Positions 38,152 to 46,189 of a DNA stretch of 64,000 nt are shown piece after piece; positions within the stretch are counted from its first letter, which is position 1, and each line of letters opens with the position of its first letter. The notes below the pieces were generated by a model, which saw only the letters and a list, made by a program, of their open reading frames with translations, did no database searches and was not told the origin of the DNA. Source of the stretch: Bacteroidales bacterium (GTDB lineage Bacteria; Bacteroidota; Bacteroidia; Bacteroidales; UBA4417); the NCBI GenBank assembly GCA_035403165.1, contig DAONEP010000006.1, forward strand, positions 1,496-65,495, given 5' to 3'. Position numbers and translations under genes: made by a program.

Positions 38152-41100
38152 TCAGGACATCATTTTATTTTTAAAAATCTCCTCTATGGGCTGGTAGCCT
38201 TCGATGTGAGCCTGTCCGCTGATGTATAACTGATCGTAAGTAAAGGCTTCCAATTCGGCGAGGAGGGTTTGCCGGTCGGCTTCGTAATCGGGCAGTTGCC
38301 AGCCGGCAGTGTTGCGCCAAACAACGAGCAGTTGTTTTCCGGCATTGTTATGACCTGAAACGAACTGATAGTTTTGGCCATTAATTTGTTTGGTAACGCA
38401 TTTCTGCATGTGTAAGCCGATGAGGTAATTGAAGGTTTCGACCAGATCGACAGGCTGCTCATTGTCGTACGTATAGCCATCCCACACTTTCAGGTTATAC
38501 GCCCAGGGATTGGCCATGGCATCGGTATTGACCAGCGTGGGGCTGCCCTGCGTTTCGAAATTAAGGAAGTATTTGGGAATGTATTGATCAAATTCAAGCG
38601 CTTTCTGCATTGATTCCTCAGGCGCCGTGAATGCAATATTTTCGAGGGCTTCTTCGTACTGTTCGAGGCGCTGGTATTTGAAGAATCCACCTCCTTTGAA
38701 TTTTGCTTCTTTTGTTATGCCCGACTCTTCACCATACAAGACTTTTTTCATTCGTGGCAAAATGAAAGTGAAAAATTGATCACCAGCCTCAATCCCAATC
38801 CATTTTCTTTTCAATTTTTGAGACGCAGCTACAGTAGTTCCAGATCCTAAGAAATAATCTAGAATGTAATCACTATGTTTTGATTGGCTATCGATTATTC
38901 TTTTTAGTAATAGCTCAGAATTTTCAGTTTTAAATCTCCAGTTATTTGAATAACCTTTTATGTCCAACCAGTTATTGTCAGACATGACAAATTCTCTGGG
39001 TGGTATCCAGTATTTGATTGAACCTATAATATTATTATCACCGAACTTCCAAAGAAATTCTTGGTTCTTACCCGTTTTCTCCCAGTATTCATCTAGAGAA
39101 ATCTTGGAATTAGCAAATTCTACAAGATACTTTTCATAGTTTTCAAGTGCTTTGAAAGCTCTTTCTTTACTCCACATCCATTGACCTTTCTCAAGATTTA
39201 CTCCTTTGATTTCATATCTTAGATTAGGACGATTTTCTGCTTTCCAGAATGAATGCCATTGAGAGTTTGCTTGTTCAACTGAAGTTTTCTTTAGAAATCT
39301 TTCAAATCTGGAATCAAATGATCTTGAGTACCAATAAACATTATCATAATTAACTGTGATTGATTTAACTGAATCAAATTGTTTATTCAAATCACCTTTA
39401 TTTAATTCAGCCCTCCTTACAATAATCTCATTCCTAAAATTCTCTTCACCAAAAGAAATATTCATTAGACTTCTAACTAAGAAATTTCCGTCATGATTAC
39501 ATCTAATGAAAATAGAACCATTTAATGGGTTAAGAAGATATTTTGAAATTGCTAAGCGGGGTTCTAAAAGAGAAAGCCAAGTAGAATCTTTATAATCTAC
39601 TTTATAATTATATTCTGGCTCAGTTCCCAAATTGAATGGAGGATCAATATATATAATTTTAATAATATCATGGAATTTGGGACCGATTAAAACCAGACCA
39701 TGGTAGTTATCTGAGTGTAGTATTAGCCCGTCGGCTTTTTCTTCGAGGTTAATTTTGGCTGACAAGGCATTGAGGAGGTTTTCTTTGAAAGCTGCGGGGA
39801 AATGTACCGTGTCGATGGGTAATTTCCTCCATGCAAAGGCATCGGCTTTGAGGAGGTCGATGGTGAGCGGGCAGGCAGGTATATTTTCTTTACCAAACAG
39901 TTCAATCCACTCGTCCAGTTGCTTTTTGTTGGCAATAACTTCGAGCAACAAGGGAGTGGCCGTTTCGATGCCGATATACTCCACCAGCCGGTCGATGGTG
40001 ATGACCCATTCGGTTGACAGGACGAACTTTTTCTTTTCCCAGAGTTTTTTCTGGAACTCCTCAAGCTGGGCCAGAAACTCGATAATGGTATCCGCAATCA
40101 GCTTGAATACCTTAATGGTTTTGAGGTTGTGTTTTATATGGTTGAAATGCTCGTCGTTTTCGGACACGTAGAGGTCGTCCACATTTACCAGTTCGCTTTT
40201 AATATAGAAATCGAGTTCGCGCTGCAGGAAGCCTTTCAGGTTTTTATGGATAAAGAAATCGTAGGAATTTTTACGGGTATAACGATGAAGGTGTTGCAGG
40301 AGGAGGCTTTCGCCCTTGTCGTCGGCTGCCCAGAGGTTGATGCAGAGTGGTTCGTTTTTGAAAGCTGCCTTTATTTTATCGGCTGCCTCGGCATCGAGTA
40401 CATCTTGTTTGTTGCCGGTATAGGTTTTCTTTTCATCTTCAGTAAATGCACGGTATTCGAAGAAGATGTCCAGGACCTCACCCCGGCCCTCTCCTGAAGG
40501 AGAGGGTGAAAGTCCGGCGGGCTTGGCGGAAAGGATGAAGTAGCGGGCTTCGTTGGCTTTCACGTTGCCTTGTTCGGTTTCGGCTTCGGTAAGCTTAAAG
40601 TTTACGATGAGATTGCCGGAACCGTGCGGTACTTTGAAGGCGTATTTCTGGAAAGATTCGGAGGATTTGATGTAGTACTGATCCTGGTTAGCCCAGTAAA
40701 AATGGGTTTCTTCGCCGTTGTAAGGCACTACGTACTTTTCGTTCTTTCCAAACCGGCGTTTGCTGATAAAGTCGCCTTTGTCGTAATAACGGGAAAAGAA
40801 AAGGGTAAGATGATTGTAAATCAGGTTCTCGGTTTCTACAGAAACCCTGGCATGCTGGACCTGCTGCTGCAATTCCTGGTAATGCTCTATTTTATCCTTT
40901 CCGTACTTCAGCAGGGTATTCTTTTCGTTTTCATCGGCAGAAAGCCAGCCTTTGATGATGTCGTCGTGTTCCAGTTCCTGCAGCTTTTGAAGCGCTTCCT
41001 GCGATTGGGCAAGGGTAAGCACCTGTAGTTGCTCCTTCACTCTGTCGACCAGGAGTTCGTTGATGAACTGTTTTATTTCAGTACGCTTGTAGTGAAGAAT

Positions 41101-41226
41101 TTTATACACACCGAAGTCCAATTCCTGGCTTTCGAACTGGAAGAGTTTGTTCAAGAAGGATTGAAGTTTTTCGAGTGGGGTAGTATTCTTATCCATCGGG
41201 AGAGTTTTCTCGGTTAAATATTTCAA
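38152..41226 (-). CDS. Beta-class N6-adenine/N4-cytosine DNA methyltransferase with an N-terminal extension of about 500 aa
   Basis: Motif IV is IIYIDPPFN. It lies upstream of motif I, DYFLGSGTTVAASQKLKRKWIGIE. The protein is 1024 aa. Confidence 0.85.
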   Translation of the reverse strand: MKYLTEKTLPMDKNTTPLEKLQSFLNKLFQFESQELDFGVYKILHYKRTEIKQFINELLVDRVKEQLQVLTLAQSQEALQKLQELEHDDIIKGWLSADENEKNTLLKYGKDKIEHYQELQQQVQHARVSVETENLIYNHLTLFFSRYYDKGDFISKRRFGKNEKYVVPYNGEETHFYWANQDQYYIKSSESFQKYAFKVPHGSGNLIVNFKLTEAETEQGNVKANEARYFILSAKPAGLSPSPSGEGRGEVLDIFFEYRAFTEDEKKTYTGNKQDVLDAEAADKIKAAFKNEPLCINLWAADDKGESLLLQHLHRYTRKNSYDFFIHKNLKGFLQRELDFYIKSELVNVDDLYVSENDEHFNHIKHNLKTIKVFKLIADTIIEFLAQLEEFQKKLWEKKKFVLSTEWVITIDRLVEYIGIETATPLLLEVIANKKQLDEWIELFGKENIPACPLTIDLLKADAFAWRKLPIDTVHFPAAFKENLLNALSAKINLEEKADGLILHSDNYHGLVLIGPKFHDIIKIIYIDPPFNLGTEPEYNYKVDYKDSTWLSLLEPRLAISKYLLNPLNGSIFIRCNHDGNFLVRSLMNISFGEENFRNEIIVRRAELNKGDLNKQFDSVKSITVNYDNVYWYSRSFDSRFERFLKKTSVEQANSQWHSFWKAENRPNLRYEIKGVNLEKGQWMWSKERAFKALENYEKYLVEFANSKISLDEYWEKTGKNQEFLWKFGDNNIIGSIKYWIPPREFVMSDNNWLDIKGYSNNWRFKTENSELLLKRIIDSQSKHSDYILDYFLGSGTTVAASQKLKRKWIGIEAGDQFFTFILPRMKKVLYGEESGITKEAKFKGGGFFKYQRLEQYEEALENIAFTAPEESMQKALEFDQYIPKYFLNFETQGSPTLVNTDAMANPWAYNLKVWDGYTYDNEQPVDLVETFNYLIGLHMQKCVTKQINGQNYQFVSGHNNAGKQLLVVWRNTAGWQLPDYEADRQTLLAELEAFTYDQLYISGQAHIEGYQPIEEIFKNKMMS
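40476..40520. repeat. GC-rich palindromic mini-repeat inserted in frame in the methyltransferase gene
   Basis: The sequence is cctcaccccggccctctcc-tgaa-ggagagggtg, translated on the minus strand as SPSPSGEGRGEV. The first 19-20 nt recur in intergenic DNA at 56228-56247 (cctcacccctgcccctctcc). Confidence 0.5.
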
Positions 41227-41296
41227 TGGCTGTCTGATTTCTGTTTATACATTCACTGATCAGATCAGGTAAATTGATGAATATATATAACACTTG

Positions 41297-41304
41297 CAAA
41301 TATA
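41297..41304 (-). promoter_or_regulatory. Candidate -7 box TAnnTTTG for the methyltransferase gene
   Basis: The minus strand reads tatatttg about 70 nt upstream of the ATG at 41226. Confidence 0.3.
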
Positions 41305-41472
41305 AAAGAAAACGATAAAAATCTCAATAAAAGTTATTTACATAATTTTGTTTATTACCTGATTAAAAGCGCTTAACGATGAGAGGCGTTACTGTTGAAC
41401 TGAAATAGCTGCAATCGTTAATTTCATCAATATAAATTTTAAAGAAGTACTATATGATAATGTAAAGCGCTT

Positions 41473-41772
41473 TCAATCAGCCTGTATTCTATCCTTGTTG
41501 TTTTCCCCGCTGTAATTGGCTTCGAGCAGCGCTTCTATGTCCGATATCCTGTAATAGAATTTGCCGTTGATACGGCTGAACGGCAAAGCTCCGCTGTCGC
41601 GCAATGTTTGGAGCGTCCTCTGGCTCACATGCAGCATCTGCATCACATCCTGCCTGTCGGCCCAGGTTGCGGAAAATCTTTCTTTCCACGGTATTTTGTT
41701 TTTCTGCATGGCTTCGGCAATAGCCTTTATTTCATCCTGCATCGAAAAGATCAATTCAACAATCCCCATCAT
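41473..41772 (-). CDS. Excisionase/MerR-like helix-turn-helix protein (mobile-element type)
   Basis: DVMQMLHVSQRTLQTLRDSGALPFSRINGKFYYRISDIEALL matches the family. I prefer the start at MMGIVEL; the track ORF extends to 41883. Confidence 0.6.
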   Translation of the reverse strand: MMGIVELIFSMQDEIKAIAEAMQKNKIPWKERFSATWADRQDVMQMLHVSQRTLQTLRDSGALPFSRINGKFYYRISDIEALLEANYSGENNKDRIQAD

Positions 41773-42079
41773 AGTTCCTTTCCCCTTTGCATCGTTTGAA
41801 TAACAACTTCCCCGATCGTCTTCACAGTCGGAATACTGATTAAACCTTTCGGTCCTACCCGGACTTGTTTGTAATTTGTCCATTACTGCACTTGCATTAA
41901 GTTGGAAATGGACATTTGGCCAAATGTCATCCCTGATTATCAGGAACGAGGCAAAAATCAGAAAGAGTTATCAGTAATTATAAAAGCGGTATTTTCATCC
42001 CGCTCAACATGCAGATATATTGATAGTTATAAATACGGATAGCATTAACAAACGGTATTTTGAAGGAATTTTGCTTCTT

Positions 42080-43117
42080 TTATCCTGTGGGTAAATTGCC
42101 AAACCAAATATGTGTTTCGGCAAAAGCCGCCACCTCCTCAGGGTTATTCTTATAGTTCCTGAACTGTCTGTCAATGTTAATATTGTAGCGGTAATCAAGA
42201 AATCTGCGGATATCAACAGGCCGTATTGCTTTTTTCCCTTCAAAATTACGTGGTGAGAAATAGCCTTTTTTGATCAGCAGGTGATAAATAGCCGCCATTT
42301 CATTCTTCATGCCGTGCCTGTTGGTAAAATTGTAATCTGTATCAATATATCCGTGCAGGTACAATTGTTCTTCGAAAGTCGCAAAACGGGAGGGCGTATG
42401 GATGATTGTTCCGTAAGGCAAAACACCTTTTGCTTCTTTGCGGAAGTCAGCGGCGATGGCTCTGAATTCCGCCTGCTGTACCCGTGTAGCAAGGGGTGAA
42501 CCGGGTGTTGCTATTTTGATTTTATCAATCTTAATAATCCCTGAAGGGTCAGGCGCTCCCTGCCTGAAATATAGTCGGTAAATATCCTTTTCATCCAGAA
42601 TATCCGCACTGACGAGTTCCGGGTAGGAATCCTGCACTTCCAGGTACAGGCGGACAAGAACCTGTTTCAGGTAACTGGTAATATAATTCCCATCTTCATT
42701 CACAGCGCCTTCGGGGCTGTTACTTTCCTGAAAACCGTGTTGTTCAAGGGCATAACCATGTTCTTCCATCACCCGGGCAACATCCTGTAACTTGTCGTTC
42801 AGTGTCCTGGTGAGTGCCATGTGTATCAGGTATTTTTTGGCATGCTGGTCAATGCTCAGGCTGATTTCATTGTGAAATTCATTCAGGAATCGGTTTGCTG
42901 CATTGTCAATCAACATCCTGAAATATTTCCTTTTAGCAGTCAAAGCTTTGGGGTAATTCACTTCATACAAAGGCTGAATATTGCAAAATACCTTTTGAAG
43001 CCCGTTTAAATCCTGTTTAAACTTCGCTTCCGGCACATCGGTCAACAGCCAGGGCCTCAGGTCAAGAAACAAAATCCGGTTATATTCTCCGATGGTTGTA
43101 TTCATAATACCTGGCAT
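42080..43117 (-). CDS. Hypothetical protein (345 aa)
   Basis: It is a long ORF with backbone-like composition. I recognise no motif. Confidence 0.5.
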   Translation of the reverse strand: MPGIMNTTIGEYNRILFLDLRPWLLTDVPEAKFKQDLNGLQKVFCNIQPLYEVNYPKALTAKRKYFRMLIDNAANRFLNEFHNEISLSIDQHAKKYLIHMALTRTLNDKLQDVARVMEEHGYALEQHGFQESNSPEGAVNEDGNYITSYLKQVLVRLYLEVQDSYPELVSADILDEKDIYRLYFRQGAPDPSGIIKIDKIKIATPGSPLATRVQQAEFRAIAADFRKEAKGVLPYGTIIHTPSRFATFEEQLYLHGYIDTDYNFTNRHGMKNEMAAIYHLLIKKGYFSPRNFEGKKAIRPVDIRRFLDYRYNINIDRQFRNYKNNPEEVAAFAETHIWFGNLPTG

Positions 43118-43769
43118 TTTCTATTGTATAGTCTAAATTCTCTTGATTTATCGGTGGTATAAAAATAAAGAGGTCAAACTAACCTGTATACCTGTATTCC
43201 GGAATATCTTTCCGGCAATTCTGCCTCAGGTTTTAAGTTATTCCGGAATGTTCGGATCCATCATCCGGGTTTTTATCTTTCAAAGTTGATAATAATCATT
43301 GAAATCATCAAATAGAAGCATAACAGAAATAACCTTTTCGAATTCTCTTTCAGCAAAACCTGCTGATTTATAGCCCGGTGAAATGCGCTTCATCTCCGCA
43401 TTTCCTCCGTATCAACGCTCTGACAGAACCAGTTCATTAAGGGGTCAGGTTCGCTTTGAAGCCGATCTATGTGCAGACAAAAGGCATCCTCAAACCGTTT
43501 ATGAAGCGAACCTGGTATATCCCTGATATAGCGCCGGCATGATCCTGGCAAGCGCTCGGATACATTCAGAATCATAATTCATAAGGGTTTTTGTCAATTC
43601 CCCTGCTTCCCCCGTTTGATTGACAGGCTCTATTTGTCAGGAAGAATATGACAGGAGGATGTAAAATGATGCAAAGCATTCCGCCGGCGGGCTTTTGCAT
43701 GCTAATTGTCAGTTCATTCATGGTCTGCATAAGTTGCAGACAGCAAATAAACCTTAAGGACAAAATGTT

Positions 43770-44432
43770 ATGAGCAAAAATAAACTCAACTTACCTGATA
43801 TTTTTCGGGGTAAAATCGGAAACCTGATCATTTCAAGCTGGAAAGGCAGAACCTATGTGAAAATGAAACCGGAAAAAATTAAGGATGCCAGAACGCCGGA
43901 TCAGCTCATACAGCGGACGAAATTTGCCACGATAAGCCGGATACTATCTCCGTTGTCGCCTTTTCTGCGGTTAGGTTTTGGCTCATACGCACAAAAGATG
44001 ACATCCTATAATGCTGCTATTTCATGGAACATGAAGAAAGCAATAGCCGGCGCCGGCAGCCAGTCCGGAATTGACTATGGCGGATTTCTGTTCTCCAAAG
44101 GAACTTACGTCTCAGTTGACAAGGCGGCATTCATTCCGGCAGGCAATCTCACCCTGGATTTGTCATGGAACCCTGAACATGAACCCGGTGCAGGAAGAGA
44201 TGATGACCGGGTTTATGCCGTTGTCGTCAATGAGACCCTGGGGGAATCAAATTATTTTGCCGATATAGCCTTCAGGTCTTCCGGCAGCGCCAGGATCCAT
44301 TTGTCTGCAGCCCAGCCAGGCGATACAGTTCACTGCTATCTGACCGTCATCAATTCGGTTAAAGGCACCGACGGAAAAAACAGGCAATATATTGCCGACA
44401 GCATATACTTAGGCAAGGCTGTTCTTAGTTAA
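43770..44432 (+). CDS. Hypothetical protein, paralog 1 (possibly the DUF6266 family)
   Basis: The N-terminus FRGKIGNLIISSWKGRTYVKMKPEKIKDARTPDQLIQRTKF parallels paralog 2. Confidence 0.55.
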   Translation: MSKNKLNLPDIFRGKIGNLIISSWKGRTYVKMKPEKIKDARTPDQLIQRTKFATISRILSPLSPFLRLGFGSYAQKMTSYNAAISWNMKKAIAGAGSQSGIDYGGFLFSKGTYVSVDKAAFIPAGNLTLDLSWNPEHEPGAGRDDDRVYAVVVNETLGESNYFADIAFRSSGSARIHLSAAQPGDTVHCYLTVINSVKGTDGKNRQYIADSIYLGKAVLS

Positions 44433-44862
44433 GAATTTTCATAAAATCAGGTAACGTTCCGCCCCCCCTTATTCATACTGTAATGTCTTCCCCGGGAACG
44501 CCGGCTTTATTTTTTGAGTTTGTTTTATCCAGGGGCCGGCAGATTCTTTCTTTGTAAGAAGTAGATCTCCGGCATCCATTGAAGAATAATCCTTTTTTTT
44601 TAGCAAAATTCGTCAATCCCGTCTGATACACAGGCTGATATATTGTTAAACCTGCCTAAATGAGTGTCACGGTGACATACCCTCCGAAATCGGTTGCAGT
44701 GTTTTGCACATCGTGTCACTGACACTGTCAGGGTATTAATGACATGTCCGGGCAGGGCAGGGCAATAGTATGCAAAAAAATCCCGGGAATAACTATTCCC
44801 TGAAAATTGATGAATGGCAAGTATCTGCGGCAATGTCGCTGCAGTGTAAAAATTATAACATT

Positions 44863-45525
44863 ATGGCAACCTTTAAACAAGGAATCCATGGAAACTTCAA
44901 GGGTAAGGTCGGCAACATTGTCGGCTCCACCTGGAAGGGTACGGGCGTAATGAGGATCCGCCCTGCTTCAGTTAAAAACCCCAATACCGAGCTTCAGCAG
45001 GCCCAGCGCCAACGCTTTGGATTGGTCGGGCGCTTTATACAGGCGCACCGTAATTTAGTGAACATAGGTTTCAAAGCCTATTCTCCCGGCATGACAGCTT
45101 CCAACGCCGCAATGTCGTACAATCTGGCTAATGCCATCAGTGGTGAATTCCCGGATCAGGCTGTTGATATGACGAAAGTTCAGATCAGCCGTGGCATCCT
45201 CGCACCCCTGACGGCAGCCGAAATTACCTCCACTGCTCCGGCAACCATCGGGTTGGCATGGAGTAACAACTCAGGCATGAGCAATGCCAACGAAACCGAT
45301 CACATATCGGTAAGCTGTTACGACGCCTCCACAGGGGAAGTTGTCTATTTCCTGAACTGCGCTGTGCGTTCTGATGGCAACGTAACGCTGAACCTGGCGG
45401 CAGAGTGGTCGGGTAAAACCCTGCATGTACTGGCATTTTTCAATTCGCTGAAAAATCCGTCGGATGCGGTTTCACGCGAGTTGATCTCCAACACGGCCTA
45501 TGCCGGTTCGGTTGTTCTGTCCTGA
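44863..45525 (+). CDS. Hypothetical protein, paralog 2 (possibly the DUF6266 family)
   Basis: MATFKQGIHGNFKGKVGNIVGSTWKGTGVMRIRPASVKNPNTELQQAQRQRF. I chose the ATG at 44863 rather than the track start at 44770. Confidence 0.55.
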   Translation: MATFKQGIHGNFKGKVGNIVGSTWKGTGVMRIRPASVKNPNTELQQAQRQRFGLVGRFIQAHRNLVNIGFKAYSPGMTASNAAMSYNLANAISGEFPDQAVDMTKVQISRGILAPLTAAEITSTAPATIGLAWSNNSGMSNANETDHISVSCYDASTGEVVYFLNCAVRSDGNVTLNLAAEWSGKTLHVLAFFNSLKNPSDAVSRELISNTAYAGSVVLS

Positions 45526-45551
45526 TATTAGCGGCATTCTTATCAAAGGAA

Positions 45552-45585
45552 AGAGGCTGCTGATAACCGGCAGCCTCTTTTTTTC
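45552..45585 (+). terminator. Rho-independent terminator
   Basis: agaggctgc-tgataaccg-gcagcctct followed by a T run. Confidence 0.6.
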
Positions 45586-45696
45586 AGTCAGGTTTTTGCA
45601 TTATGTATGATAGAATGTAATATCTACTCAAATCATAAAACAAAATTGTCACAATAAATGTATAACAGTCGTTTAGTCTGAAGATATCGAACTATT

Positions 45697-45895
45697 CCGA
45701 ATACCGAACCGGTATAGGATTCAGGGGGGTGGCATATCTTACCCCCTGGCTTTCATCATTTATTATTGAACTCCGACATGGTCTTTGCCATTCCCGCCAG
45801 AATAAAGCTCTTTACCATTTCTACTGCCGTATTGATGCGGGGAATGAGGATTTTTCCCTCCGAAGAACTCCAACGGCCCACGACTTCCGGCCAGA
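45697..45895 (-). pseudogene. Duplicated 3' fragment of pth with its downstream flank (repeat copy A)
   Basis: It aligns by eye to 52981-53165 with a few substitutions and small indels. It encodes ...GRWSSSEGKILIPRINTAVEMVKSFILAGMAKTMSEFNNK, against the Pth C-terminus ...GRWSSSEEKILIPRINTAVEMVKSFILAGTAKTMSEFNNK. Confidence 0.8.
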
Positions 45896-46189
45896 AGGTC
45901 TGTTGGCTGTCATCATAGAAACCGGCAAGGATAATATTGAGGAAACCGACAGAGATCAGCGCGATAGATGCGATCATGATGATGTTGCGGGTCCGGTAGA
46001 TGCAGTTGCGGATGATCTGATTCCGGTTTCACAGGGCAACCAGCTTGTCAGAACGCTGGAAAAATAGCTTTTACTCATGATCATTCATAAAATACCGGGA
46101 ATCATGATGATTTTCTGTATTTTTATTTCTGATTTAACAGATACTATACCAGTGTTTTAAGCTGAATTTTTTTCTAATTTGCGACCGTT

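Noticed and set aside
42080-43117. Assigning the 345-aa protein as RteC-like because of its position next to an excisionase-like HTH
   Set aside because: I could not recognise any RteC sequence feature. The context alone is insufficient, so it is left as hypothetical.
41227-45700. Integrase/recombinase or tRNA gene marking the island border
   Set aside because: I read the intergenic stretches and ORFs on both strands. No tyrosine or serine recombinase motifs and no tRNA-like cloverleaf sequence were recognised. Only an excisionase-like HTH is present.
45729-46067. 112-aa plus-strand ORF and 73-aa minus-strand ORF (45756-45977) as real genes
   Set aside because: The region is a junction of a duplicated pth tail and an unrelated fragment. 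The minus ORF is a chimera, and the plus ORF is its antisense shadow.
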